64,000 bases of DNA, from NCBI GenBank assembly GCA_030654225.1, contig JAURXY010000034.1:25184-89183 (forward strand), in the 5' to 3' direction. Position 1 is the first letter of the stretch. Each line of letters opens with the position of its first letter. This DNA comes from a bacterium (GTDB taxonomy: Bacteria > Patescibacteriota > Minisyncoccia > Moranbacterales > UBA2206). The translations under genes and the position numbers were made by a program. Below, piece by piece: positions 34,798 through 44,636 of this stretch. The notes beneath the pieces were generated by a model that was not told the origin of the DNA, ran no database searches, and saw only the letters and a list, made by a program, of their open reading frames with translations.

Positions 34798-36120
34798 TTA
34801 TTTAACAGGGTTAATTTTTTCCTTAATTATTTCCATCGCCTTATCCAATTGTGGATCGCGTTCGTTTTTATAGTCATCACTTGTCATTTTTACTTCTACA
34901 TCCGGAGCAATTCCTTTTTCCATAATGTAATCACCTTTGGGTGTGAGCCACTTGGCAACCGTAATTTTCACGCTTGAACCACCAGGAAGATCCATAAGTT
35001 GCTGAACACTACCCTTGCCAAAAGTTTTTTCTCCAATCAAGGTTATCCCACGATCATCTTTCAATGCTCCTGCTAAAATTTCTGAGGCGCTAGCACTACC
35101 TTCGTTAATGAGAACTACCATTGGAATAGAGCTTAACTTATCTCCTCCAATTGTATGTAGACTATCTTTCTTGCCCGCATTATTTTCTTCTAGTACCACA
35201 ACATTGCCCTTAGCTATCATGCGACTGGCTACTTTTATTGATTTATCCAAAAGACCGCCTGGATTATCACGCAAATCCAAGACTATCCCCTTACTTTTTT
35301 GGGCAATTATTTTATTCATTGCACTGTCAAACTGCACATCAACATCATCAGAAAATTTTATTATTTTTAGATACGCAATGCCGTCATCCTTAAATTCTAC
35401 CTTAGCACTATCTAATTTTATCGTTTCTCGAACCACTGTTATTTCTGTAGTCTCCTGATCTCCAGAATGAAGAATGGTGAGTTTAACTTGTGTGCCTTTC
35501 TTACCTCTTATTAAATCTACCGCTTGATCGATTGTGAGCTCCAAGGATGATTTTTCATCAATTTTCAAAATTTTATCCCCTGAGCGAATCCCAGCTTTTT
35601 GCGCTGGAGAACCATCTAGCGGAGCAATGACTGTTAGAATTTCATCTTTTATCCCGAGTTCGGCGCCTATTCCATCAAAAGAACCTGCGATATCCTGCGA
35701 AAACATCTTGCTTTCCTCCGGATTAAAAAAACTTGAATATGGATCGCCCGTAGCACTAAGCATTCCATTGATCGCTCCATAAACCATTTTTTGTGCATCT
35801 AAATTGTTTCGCTCAATATGCTTTTCTTTGACCAAATCCCAAACTTTCCAAAAAAGCGAGAAGTCAACTTTTTCATTTTGCGAAGACGCTTTATTTTCAA
35901 TAATCGCTTTTTCCAAAGGAACATTTTTATTATCAGGTATATTGGACTGCCCCTTTTTATATCCCAAAAAGAAACTGCCCGCCACTAAAAAAATAATCAC
36001 CAGTAAAGATGAATAACGCTTAAAAAGATGGAGATTTTTCTCCATATTTTCTTTTTCTTTTTTTTCTTTATCTTCTATTATTTCTTGTTTTATTTTTTCT
36101 TCAAAATTTTCTGATTCCAT
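34798..36120 (-). CDS. ctpA: Carboxyl-terminal processing protease (S41) with PDZ domain
   Basis: 440 aa; N-terminal TM, PDZ 'GIRSGDKILKID', and 'VVLINEGSASASE' with 'GEKTFGKGSVQ' S41 motifs. Confidence 0.85.
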   Translation of the reverse strand: MESENFEEKIKQEIIEDKEKKEKENMEKNLHLFKRYSSLLVIIFLVAGSFFLGYKKGQSNIPDNKNVPLEKAIIENKASSQNEKVDFSLFWKVWDLVKEKHIERNNLDAQKMVYGAINGMLSATGDPYSSFFNPEESKMFSQDIAGSFDGIGAELGIKDEILTVIAPLDGSPAQKAGIRSGDKILKIDEKSSLELTIDQAVDLIRGKKGTQVKLTILHSGDQETTEITVVRETIKLDSAKVEFKDDGIAYLKIIKFSDDVDVQFDSAMNKIIAQKSKGIVLDLRDNPGGLLDKSIKVASRMIAKGNVVVLEENNAGKKDSLHTIGGDKLSSIPMVVLINEGSASASEILAGALKDDRGITLIGEKTFGKGSVQQLMDLPGGSSVKITVAKWLTPKGDYIMEKGIAPDVEVKMTSDDYKNERDPQLDKAMEIIKEKINPVK

Positions 36121-36128
36121 AAATTTTT

Positions 36129-36938
36129 TCAGTTATGTTTTGGCAACGGCTTGCCCCGATATTTCCAAAAATACTTAATCGCACTAGCAATATGAATTCT
36201 AGAAAGTTTATTAAAAAAAAGGAGTTTGAAAATATTTTTACCAGCCGAACTTCTTCTGTGGTAATGATACATTTTAGCGATTGGATAATAAATAACTTTA
36301 TATCCGTTTTCCCAAAAATTTCGACACCAATCAATATCTTCGAAATAATATGTGAACCGCTTATCAATAAGTCCGACCACATCCGCTATTGCACGCCTTG
36401 TCATCATAGCTGATCCCAAAATCCAATCTACCTCCTGTATTTTATTATTATCCACATCTTTCATCAAATAATACTCAAGGTATTTCTTAGCAAACCACAA
36501 TTTTCCTAAAGGAGTTCTGCGATAAAGAATAGTTAGAGGAGTCATAAATCTAAAGCAGGATGTCTGGATAGAATCATTGAAATTAAGAAGTTGTGGTCCA
36601 ACAACACCCACTTCTTGATTATTTTTCATATATTCCAAAAGTTTCTCAATAGAATTTTCCTTGATAATAATATCGTCATTCAGAATGAGAATAAAATCTC
36701 CTGTACTCTCCTTATATCCTCTCCGTACCTCACCTCCAAACCATAAATTTATTTCCGAACTTAAAAATTTTATTTCAGAATAATCCTCTCTCATCATAGT
36801 AGAAATTTCTTCAGTAGTTTCAGAATCTGAAACTACAATTTCATAATCTGATCCGCTATAATTTTTCTTAATCGAATCAATGCAAACTTTCAAGAGTTCC
36901 GGACTTTTATAGCTAGTAATGATGATGGATAATTCCAT
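36129..36938 (-). CDS. Glycosyltransferase family 2
   Basis: 269 aa; 'LSIIITSYK' N-terminus and a DxD-like 'LNDDIII' motif. Confidence 0.75.
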   Translation of the reverse strand: MELSIIITSYKSPELLKVCIDSIKKNYSGSDYEIVVSDSETTEEISTMMREDYSEIKFLSSEINLWFGGEVRRGYKESTGDFILILNDDIIIKENSIEKLLEYMKNNQEVGVVGPQLLNFNDSIQTSCFRFMTPLTILYRRTPLGKLWFAKKYLEYYLMKDVDNNKIQEVDWILGSAMMTRRAIADVVGLIDKRFTYYFEDIDWCRNFWENGYKVIYYPIAKMYHYHRRSSAGKNIFKLLFFNKLSRIHIASAIKYFWKYRGKPLPKHN

Positions 36939-36943
36939 TTAAT

Positions 36944-38116
36944 TTATTTGGGTTTTATGTCTGATTGTGCTGGAAGGATAAAAATATCTTTTGCCATCTG
37001 GCGAATGCGATCGTAATTACCACCGATTGGCAAAAGAATATAACCGACTTCTTTTGGCATATCAGTTGGATTATAAAGTAATCCCTCTTCACTATTTTCC
37101 AAAACTCTTTGGTAAATTTGCAAATTTCCCAATTTCTTATAAAGCTCGTAGAATTTTTGCATTTCCCAAACCTGCATATCAGTTCTAACATTATCTCCTA
37201 AAGCCTTAAGCATAGCACTGCCCTTGGAAAAATCAGCTAGTGTTCCAATGCTTAACATTTTATCCTTAACTAGTTGAATTATTATTTGTTGCCTTTTAGC
37301 TCTTTCAAAATCACTAGAAGTCACACGAGATCTGGCATAGCAAAGAGCCTGATCACCATTAAGCATTTGCTTACCTGCAGGAAGCTTGAAATTTCCACCA
37401 CATTCCAAGGTGTTTTCAGGCGCTGCGCACAAAGGATAACTAGCTACAATTCTAGTTTTGTAAGTTTGTGTAGTTTTGCTAAAATATTTAACTGTTTTGT
37501 CTTCGTATTTTCCAGTTGGAATAGTGAAAAATGAATCGCAAACGTGAGGTTCCTTAAACTGCATAGCTTCTTCAAAAGGTTGATCAAGAGTTATTTCAAT
37601 TCCGCCAATAGCATCAATAAGTTGCTTGAAGCCAGCAAAATTTATACTCGCTCCATATTGAATCGGAAGTCCTGTCACTTCCCCAATAACTTTTTTCATA
37701 TCTTCCATTCCTTGTTTTTTGCCATTCTCTTCACCAGCAGCATAAACTGCATTAACTTTAGTTTTATTGCCCCAACCAGGGTTATCCACATATAAATCAC
37801 GCGGGATGGAAATTAATGAAGCCTTGTTATCTTTGATGTTGATACTAGCCACCATAATAGTGTCGGCTAAGGTTCCCCCGCCAACCACACCTTCTCCTCG
37901 CATTCCTAAAAGCAAAACATTGATTCTGCCGTCTTTTTCACCCTTTAAATCATTATTAACTCCAGGGATATTTTTTACTAATGATTGCAATAATCCACCC
38001 TTGGAAATTTTGTTAAGTATTCCGCCAGTTTTCCAAGCGAAAATTCCTCCGCCCAAAAACAAAACAACCGCAACAACTGCAAAAATTTTAAACCATCTTT
38101 TTTGATAAAATTTCAT
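36944..38116 (-). CDS. LytR-CpsA-Psr (LCP) family glycopolymer ligase
   Basis: 390 aa; N-terminal TM; 'VLLLGMRGEG...LADTIMVASI' and 'ISIPRDLYV' LCP core motifs. Confidence 0.8.
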   Translation of the reverse strand: MKFYQKRWFKIFAVVAVVLFLGGGIFAWKTGGILNKISKGGLLQSLVKNIPGVNNDLKGEKDGRINVLLLGMRGEGVVGGGTLADTIMVASINIKDNKASLISIPRDLYVDNPGWGNKTKVNAVYAAGEENGKKQGMEDMKKVIGEVTGLPIQYGASINFAGFKQLIDAIGGIEITLDQPFEEAMQFKEPHVCDSFFTIPTGKYEDKTVKYFSKTTQTYKTRIVASYPLCAAPENTLECGGNFKLPAGKQMLNGDQALCYARSRVTSSDFERAKRQQIIIQLVKDKMLSIGTLADFSKGSAMLKALGDNVRTDMQVWEMQKFYELYKKLGNLQIYQRVLENSEEGLLYNPTDMPKEVGYILLPIGGNYDRIRQMAKDIFILPAQSDIKPK

Positions 38117-38198
38117 TTTATTTTTTTAAATTTAAATTAATACTGCCAAATTATTGATTTGGCAATTATTACTATTTTACTTACAATTATATATTTAG

Positions 38199-39359
38199 TC
38201 AATGACTCATCTGCAAAAAAATTTCTAGCAATTTTTCCGCAGTTTTTTGCCAGGAAAATTTTTCAGCTTGCAACTTTCCATTTTTCGACAAACTATCTCG
38301 CACCATCTCATTGGTCATTATTTCCTTGATTTTTTGGGTCAACTCTCCGGGAATTTCTGGTTTGAAATATAGCGTTGCGTTATCTGCAATTTCTCTGTGT
38401 GGTGGAATATCGGAAACTATGGTTGGCACACCTAGCGACATCGCTTCGATAATTGGCATACCAAAACCTTCATAAAATGAAGGGAACACAAAAATATCCG
38501 CACCTTTGATTATCCCTGCCTTATCTTCTTCATCAATATACCCAGGAAAGAAAACGTCTTCAATTAAATTATTTTTTTTAGTTACTTCATCTATTAATTT
38601 GTCATAATTATACCCCTTACCTCCGGCGATAACTAATTTCAAAGAATTAAGTTTTAACTTTAAGTTGAGTTCGGTTTTTAACAGTGCCACTGCTTCGATA
38701 AGCGCTGGTATATTTTTTCTTGGTTGTAATGTGCCGATATATAGAATGTATCTTTCTGGAAGATTATATTTTATCTTGATTGCTTTTATTTTTTCCTCGG
38801 ATATATCTTGCGTCGAAAAATCCTCTGACACCGCATTATGAAACCAATCAACTTTTTTTGGATCAGTTTTATAATATTTAATTATTTCGTCTTGAGTGAA
38901 TTGGGACACCGCAATTATCTTGTCCGCACGCTTGAGACTTTTTGGAATCAAAGTTTTTAGAAATAACAAATCCCAAAATTTGATAAATTGCGGATAAAAA
39001 TTGAAAGAAATGTCATGAATAATTGTGACGATTTTTATTTTTTTCGGCACGAACCATGGTGTGATATATTGCGTGAGATAAACATCGACTGGTTTTTTTC
39101 GCAAATACATTGGAAGCGTCCAAAAATTCCAACTAAATTTGTTTTTCGTTGGAAGTGAAATTATTTCAAAATTTTTCTGATTATCTATTCCAAGACTTAC
39201 TCCAGTATTCTGTAATACTGTAGTATCAGTTATGTCGGTGAATAATTTATATTCATTCTCACTATCTATTTTAGCTAAATTTTTAGTCAAATTGAAAAAC
39301 ACCGCTTCGCTGCCAGTTTGTTTTTTGCCTATAAGTCGAATGTCAATACCTATTTTCAT
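38199..39359 (-). CDS. Glycosyltransferase family 4
   Basis: 'FPSFYEGFGMPIIEAMSLGVPTIVSD' EX7E motif. Start placed at the internal Met (MKIGIDIR) to avoid overlapping the upstream ORF. Confidence 0.75.
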   Translation of the reverse strand: MKIGIDIRLIGKKQTGSEAVFFNLTKNLAKIDSENEYKLFTDITDTTVLQNTGVSLGIDNQKNFEIISLPTKNKFSWNFWTLPMYLRKKPVDVYLTQYITPWFVPKKIKIVTIIHDISFNFYPQFIKFWDLLFLKTLIPKSLKRADKIIAVSQFTQDEIIKYYKTDPKKVDWFHNAVSEDFSTQDISEEKIKAIKIKYNLPERYILYIGTLQPRKNIPALIEAVALLKTELNLKLKLNSLKLVIAGGKGYNYDKLIDEVTKKNNLIEDVFFPGYIDEEDKAGIIKGADIFVFPSFYEGFGMPIIEAMSLGVPTIVSDIPPHREIADNATLYFKPEIPGELTQKIKEIMTNEMVRDSLSKNGKLQAEKFSWQKTAEKLLEIFLQMSH

Positions 39360-40957
39360 TTTTTTATTTGTGCTATTCCCAGCCAGAGCCAAAAAAATCC
39401 CAAAAATATTCCAGCATTAAAAAAATTGGGAACAATGATCGCAAACCAAGAAATTATTAAAAATAAACTAATAATTATTTGCGAATCATTTTGTGCTGCG
39501 TAATATTCTTTTATCGCTCTACCTAGTATATACGATAGCATAATCACAAAGGACGCAAAACCTAGAATTCCACTGCCAAGCCAAATTTCCAAAAATATAT
39601 TGGAAGAATTGAAGTTCATGCCTCGACCGTCTTCTCCTAAAATTTTCCCAATACTCCCCCAACCTATTCCTAAAATCGGGTGATTTTTTATCTCCTGCCA
39701 AGATCTTTGATAAATAAAGCTTCGAATTGAAATATTTGGATCTTTTCTAAAAATCTCCGTTACTAAATTTCCCTGATTTTTTTCTATTTCAATTTCTTCC
39801 AAGTTAATATGTCGACAACTATATTTTTCCAATTCAGAAATATTTTCAATTTCTTTTGGTAGGGAACGCAAATTTGCGTTCCCTACATTACAGGAAACGG
39901 TGATTTTCTGCATTCCTGATCCGGTTGACTGAACACGATTAAATAATTGGAAATTAGTTAGATGAAAAATATAAACCAGACCAACAGCAACAAAAAGCGC
40001 CGGGACTATAATCAGCTTTATTTTAATAGTTTCCCTCCATTGCCAATTTTTGGGATGGAATTTTAAATTTGTAAAAATAGTGAAAAGAAAAATAAATGTC
40101 ACGGCAAATGCACCGAGCCAAGCGCTTCTGCTTACAGTTAGGATAAGTAAAACATATGAAATAGTAAGTAATAAAAATAAACCGCCCAACAGAAGCTTAG
40201 CTTCGGGAGCTCCCGAAGCTAAGCTTCTGTCTGAGTCTTCGAAGTAATATATCAAAACATAAATTAAACTTATAACTAGCACTATAAAAATTCCCAACCA
40301 ATCCGCCTCCGAAAAAGTCGCATTTGGTCGTCCGGGCATCGTTTCAAAACTATTTAGCCCTCGCAAGAACCAAATATTTTGCCAAATTCCATAAAACACA
40401 ACGACCAAAGAAGAGCTAAGAAAAAATGGCACTACTTTTTTCAAGTCCTCGATATTTTGAATATAATTTCGCACTAAAAAATATAGCGCGGAAAATGTGG
40501 CCAGGATTATCGCCAATTTTAAACTTAAAATTTTATTCGACGCATTTATAATACTAAAAAGTCCGCCGATATTTATTATGACAATTAACCAATCATACCA
40601 TTCCAATTTAACTAATTTGAAATTCAGTTTTCCGGAAAGCAATCTGATTATTATGGCAGTAATTGTGAGTGCGCCGATAAATTGATATGGCCTGATTGCA
40701 ATTCCAAGCTCCAATGGCGCCAGATTGATGTTTTCTAGCGCAATCGTTCCAACAAAAAACAGAAACGCCCACCCAGGACGGTATAGCGCCAAAAACAAAG
40801 TCAGAATTGCAAAGAAAACAAAATCCCCTATTCGCAAAGGAATAATCCCTAAATTATTAAAAATAATCAAAAATAAAACTAAAGCCACATTCACCAAAAT
40901 CAACCAGCTCTTTGGTTTGTTGAGGTTATTAATTATTTTTTCAAAAAATAAATTCAT
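39356..40957 (-). CDS. O-antigen ligase/polymerase-like polytopic membrane protein (Wzy/WaaL family) with two in-frame palindromic insertions
   Basis: 533 aa with at least 10 TM helices and a large periplasmic loop. Palindromes at 39860-39887 and 40189-40238 are in-frame. Confidence 0.55.
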   Translation of the reverse strand: MNLFFEKIINNLNKPKSWLILVNVALVLFLIIFNNLGIIPLRIGDFVFFAILTLFLALYRPGWAFLFFVGTIALENINLAPLELGIAIRPYQFIGALTITAIIIRLLSGKLNFKLVKLEWYDWLIVIINIGGLFSIINASNKILSLKLAIILATFSALYFLVRNYIQNIEDLKKVVPFFLSSSLVVVFYGIWQNIWFLRGLNSFETMPGRPNATFSEADWLGIFIVLVISLIYVLIYYFEDSDRSLASGAPEAKLLLGGLFLLLTISYVLLILTVSRSAWLGAFAVTFIFLFTIFTNLKFHPKNWQWRETIKIKLIIVPALFVAVGLVYIFHLTNFQLFNRVQSTGSGMQKITVSCNVGNANLRSLPKEIENISELEKYSCRHINLEEIEIEKNQGNLVTEIFRKDPNISIRSFIYQRSWQEIKNHPILGIGWGSIGKILGEDGRGMNFNSSNIFLEIWLGSGILGFASFVIMLSYILGRAIKEYYAAQNDSQIIISLFLIISWFAIIVPNFFNAGIFLGFFWLWLGIAQIKK

Positions 40958-42160
40958 TTACATTTCTTCAATTATATTCAAAATCTTCTCACTAAATTTT
41001 TCCCACGAAAATTGCTTGGCTCGTTCTTGACCTCTGTTTTTTAGTTGTTCTCGCAAGTCATGATTAGTCAAAACATTCTTCAAAACCATCGCGATATCAG
41101 TTATGTCATCAGGATTACAATATAGCACACTATCTCCACCAACTTCTGGCAGTGAGGAAACTTTTGAAGTGATGACAGGCGTGCCAACATTCATTGCTTC
41201 CAGAATTTGCATGCCGAAACCTTCATAATGTGATGGATAGACAAACATAACAGCCTCACTAAACAGTGCTGGCAAATCTTTTTGCGGAACTTCACCCAAA
41301 AGAATCACGTGTTTCGTTAAATTTAATTCTTTAAGAATTCTTTCTATCGGCGTTGCCAGGCTCAAACTTTCCGGCAAAACTTTCCCGTATATCGCTAACT
41401 TCGGAAAATTTGGCAAGAAATTTTCTTTTTTGTTTCTTTCCAAAAGCAACTTATATGCCCGCACCACTCCTTCGACATTTTTCCGCACTTCATATCCCCC
41501 ACCAGCCAAAACATATCCGGGATTTATTTTGTATTTCTTCAAAATATTCGCATGTCCAGCATTCGTAGCGCCGGTTCGCGAAGCGAATAACTCATCTACA
41601 TCTATATAATTAGTAGTAATTTTGTCTGCGCCTATATTTAAGTGTTCAATTAGATCTTTTTCTGTCCTTTTGGAAACAGCAACAATTTTGTCCGCCTTTT
41701 TTATCCCATATTCTGTTAATTTCCAATACAATTTCTTTCTAAAGTTATCCAGATATTTGGGAAACAATTTTGGAATAATATCATGCACCAGCATAATATG
41801 CTTCACTTCCTTATATGGTTGAATGCCCGCCTGCCGGCGAGGCAGGGAAGTAGGACATTGGTACATACTAACAAAAACATCGCAACCGTCTTTTTTGACA
41901 AGGCGCGGCAAAAGGATTTTTTCCCACCAAATTTTTCGAATCAAATCATCGCGCTTATAAACTGGTAGGAATATTTTCTTGCTAAAATTATCAGGAAGCT
42001 TAAAATCTTTTGGAATATCTTCCTCCAAATACAAAACAAATTCAAAATCATTCTGCTTATATCTTACCAACATTTTCAAAAAATTGGTTGTCACTTGCCC
42101 GATGCCCGTATGAGGCTTTCGAAGATAACTTGCATTGATTCCTACTTTTTTCTTTTTCAT
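40958..42160 (-). CDS. Glycosyltransferase family 4 with an in-frame hairpin insertion
   Basis: 400 aa; 'YPSHYEGFGMQILEAMNVGTPVI'. The hairpin at 41826-41848 encodes 'LPRRQAG'. Confidence 0.75.
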   Translation of the reverse strand: MKKKKVGINASYLRKPHTGIGQVTTNFLKMLVRYKQNDFEFVLYLEEDIPKDFKLPDNFSKKIFLPVYKRDDLIRKIWWEKILLPRLVKKDGCDVFVSMYQCPTSLPRRQAGIQPYKEVKHIMLVHDIIPKLFPKYLDNFRKKLYWKLTEYGIKKADKIVAVSKRTEKDLIEHLNIGADKITTNYIDVDELFASRTGATNAGHANILKKYKINPGYVLAGGGYEVRKNVEGVVRAYKLLLERNKKENFLPNFPKLAIYGKVLPESLSLATPIERILKELNLTKHVILLGEVPQKDLPALFSEAVMFVYPSHYEGFGMQILEAMNVGTPVITSKVSSLPEVGGDSVLYCNPDDITDIAMVLKNVLTNHDLREQLKNRGQERAKQFSWEKFSEKILNIIEEM

Positions 42161-42280
42161 ATTTATATTGTAAAGCCAAAATCAAATTATGTCATCTGCT
42201 GAAATTATGCATTGCCAGATAATCACTTCTGAGCTATAATCAAGTTATAATAAAAGCTAATTTTTAAGCCTATAATACTT

Positions 42281-42511
42281 ATGTTTAGTATTGTTAAATT
42301 TGCCATTTGGATTGTCCTTTTTTTGGCCGCAACCTATTTTGTGCTTAAATTTTTCGGTTATGATGTTAATCGGGAATATTTTTCCGGCACCAGAAAGCAA
42401 TGTGAAGAAAGATTAAAAGAATGCACTAATGATATTTTTCATCAAGGCGTCGATAACGCCAAATGCGATTTTAATTGCGTCGACCCGAAACTAATAATTA
42501 AAAAGAACTAA
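42281..42511 (+). CDS. Small membrane-anchored Cys-containing protein
   Basis: 76 aa; N-terminal TM then four Cys (CEERLKEC...CDFNC). Lies immediately upstream of, and 1 nt from, the GT2 gene. Confidence 0.4.
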   Translation: MFSIVKFAIWIVLFLAATYFVLKFFGYDVNREYFSGTRKQCEERLKECTNDIFHQGVDNAKCDFNCVDPKLIIKKN

Positions 42512-42512
42512 T

Positions 42513-43496
42513 ATGAAATTAATCATCAACATTCCAGCCTACAACGAAGAAAAGGATCTTGGAAAAACAATTGAGCGAATCAAAGAAAGTCTTTCTAATG
42601 ATTTCTATTCTAATGAGGGCGCGCGTATTACTGAAAAATTAATTCAAGTAGTGGATGACGGTTCAAGTGATAATACTGCTGAAGTTGCTAGAAACAGCGG
42701 AGCAGATATAGTAATCTCCTACAAACCCAACAGACGCCTCGCCTATTCTTTCAAACAAGCAGTGGAAAGCTCCTTAGAAAAAGGCGCTGATTTTATGGTC
42801 AACATCGACGCTGACGGACAATTTGATCCTAACGATATTCCAAAGCTTCTTTTGCCAATACTGAATGGTGAAGCTGATATGGTGATTGCTAATCGTTTTG
42901 GAAGTCACAAAGCTAAAAACATTCCATGGGTGCGAAGTTTCTTTAATCGCTTTGCCGCTTCGGTTATTAGTTTTTTCCTAAATTGTAAAACCGATGACCT
43001 CACTTGTGGATTTCGTGCTCACTCTCGAGAAACCTTGCTCCGTTTTAATCTAACTAATATTCATTTCACCTACACTCAGGATACTATTATTGACGCCATT
43101 GGAAAAAATTTGAAACTAAAATGGGTGCCGATTACCGTCACTTATTTTGATAATCGCGAAGCCAAAATCACTAAGTCTATTTTTAAGTATATCAATGACT
43201 CTGGAAAAATAATTTTGAAAGCTGTTCGGGATGTCAGACCTTTGAAATTTTTCGGCTGGCCGGGAATATTTCTAATGTCAATCGGAGTTATTGGCTTTCT
43301 TATTTTCCTTTTTAATTACATTCAAGATTTGAAAATCGCCCCCTATCTTCATTATATAGTTTTTTCTGCTATCTCTTTACTCCTTGGAATTCAGCTGGTT
43401 GTTTTCGCCTTGATTGCTGATATGATCAAATCTGCCCGCCAACTCACCGAAGAACTTTTCTACCAATGGAAGAAAGATAAATACAATAAAAATTAA
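42513..43496 (+). CDS. GT2 polyprenyl-phosphate sugar synthase (DPM1/GtrB/ArnC-like) with C-terminal TM helices
   Basis: 327 aa; 'INIPAYNEEKDL', 'VVDDGSSDNT' and 'NIDADGQFD' motifs. Two C-terminal TM helices as in GtrB. Confidence 0.75.
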   Translation: MKLIINIPAYNEEKDLGKTIERIKESLSNDFYSNEGARITEKLIQVVDDGSSDNTAEVARNSGADIVISYKPNRRLAYSFKQAVESSLEKGADFMVNIDADGQFDPNDIPKLLLPILNGEADMVIANRFGSHKAKNIPWVRSFFNRFAASVISFFLNCKTDDLTCGFRAHSRETLLRFNLTNIHFTYTQDTIIDAIGKNLKLKWVPITVTYFDNREAKITKSIFKYINDSGKIILKAVRDVRPLKFFGWPGIFLMSIGVIGFLIFLFNYIQDLKIAPYLHYIVFSAISLLLGIQLVVFALIADMIKSARQLTEELFYQWKKDKYNKN

Positions 43497-43499
43497 TTC

Positions 43500-44618
43500 A
43501 TGAAAATTCTTTTTATCTCCCATTCCTATCCTCCAATTCTTGGTGGAGTGGAAAGTCAAAATTACAATTTAGCCCAGGGGCTTTCAAAAATTGCCCAAGT
43601 TAAGATTATCGCTAATGGCCGTGGTAAATGGTGGCTGCCTGTTTTTGTGCCGATAACATTCATACGGGCATTTTTTTTGATGATGAATTATGACGCCTGT
43701 CTCGTAGGGAATGGCGTTTTAGCTCCCCTAGCTTATGCTCTAAAACTTTTTCATCCCAAAAAGAAGTTTTTTTCAATTATCCATGCGCTTGATATAACCT
43801 TTTGTCATAAAAAAGGAATTCTACCAAAAATCTATAGCCTTACAAATATTCCTTCTATAAAAAAAATGGATAAACTTTTCATGGTGGGAAATTTTGCCGT
43901 CGAAGAAGCTATAAAAATTGGAGTGCCTAAGGAAAATTGCGTTTTTATTCCTAATGGAGTTTTTATTGAAAATTTCAGAAAAGAATTTTCTAGGCAAGAC
44001 TTGTCCGCTCTTTGGGGTGCAGACACCACCGAAAAAAAAGTTATTTTGCGCCTTGGCAGATTTGTTCCTCACAAAGGTACAGCTTGGTTTATAAAAAATA
44101 TAATGCCAAGACTCCCGGAAAATGTAATACTACTTGCCGTAGGAGGTCGCGTTGATAAAAATACCCCTGGCGATCCGGATAATTTTTCCGATTGCGAGAA
44201 AGAAATAAAAGAAAACAATTTAGAAAACAGAGTGAAACTTATCCCTAACATTCCACAAAAAGATTTGGAGATTTTGCTAAACACTGCTGATTTGGTAGTT
44301 TCTCCTAATATTCATTATAAAAGTTCCTCAGAAGGTTTTGGCATCAACGCTATTGAAGCTGCAGCTTGTGAAAGAGTAGTTATCGCTTCAAATATGCAAG
44401 GTTTGGCTGACGCAATCAAGGATGGCAAAAATGGTTTTCTAGTTGAAAGCGAAAACATAGATCAATGGGTCAAAAAAATCAACGCTATTTTTTCCGCCGG
44501 ACCGGAATTCGCCAAGAACTTTGGAATAATGGCTGGAAAATATGTGCAGGAAAATTTCACTTGGGAAAAAATTTCGAGGAAGTATTTAGAAGAGATGGAG
44601 AAAATAAGTAGCAAATAG
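43500..44618 (+). CDS. Glycosyltransferase family 4
   Basis: 372 aa; 'SEGFGINAIEAAACERVVIAS' motif. Confidence 0.7.
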   Translation: MKILFISHSYPPILGGVESQNYNLAQGLSKIAQVKIIANGRGKWWLPVFVPITFIRAFFLMMNYDACLVGNGVLAPLAYALKLFHPKKKFFSIIHALDITFCHKKGILPKIYSLTNIPSIKKMDKLFMVGNFAVEEAIKIGVPKENCVFIPNGVFIENFRKEFSRQDLSALWGADTTEKKVILRLGRFVPHKGTAWFIKNIMPRLPENVILLAVGGRVDKNTPGDPDNFSDCEKEIKENNLENRVKLIPNIPQKDLEILLNTADLVVSPNIHYKSSSEGFGINAIEAAACERVVIASNMQGLADAIKDGKNGFLVESENIDQWVKKINAIFSAGPEFAKNFGIMAGKYVQENFTWEKISRKYLEEMEKISSK

Positions 44619-44636
44619 AAAATATAAAGCAATAAA

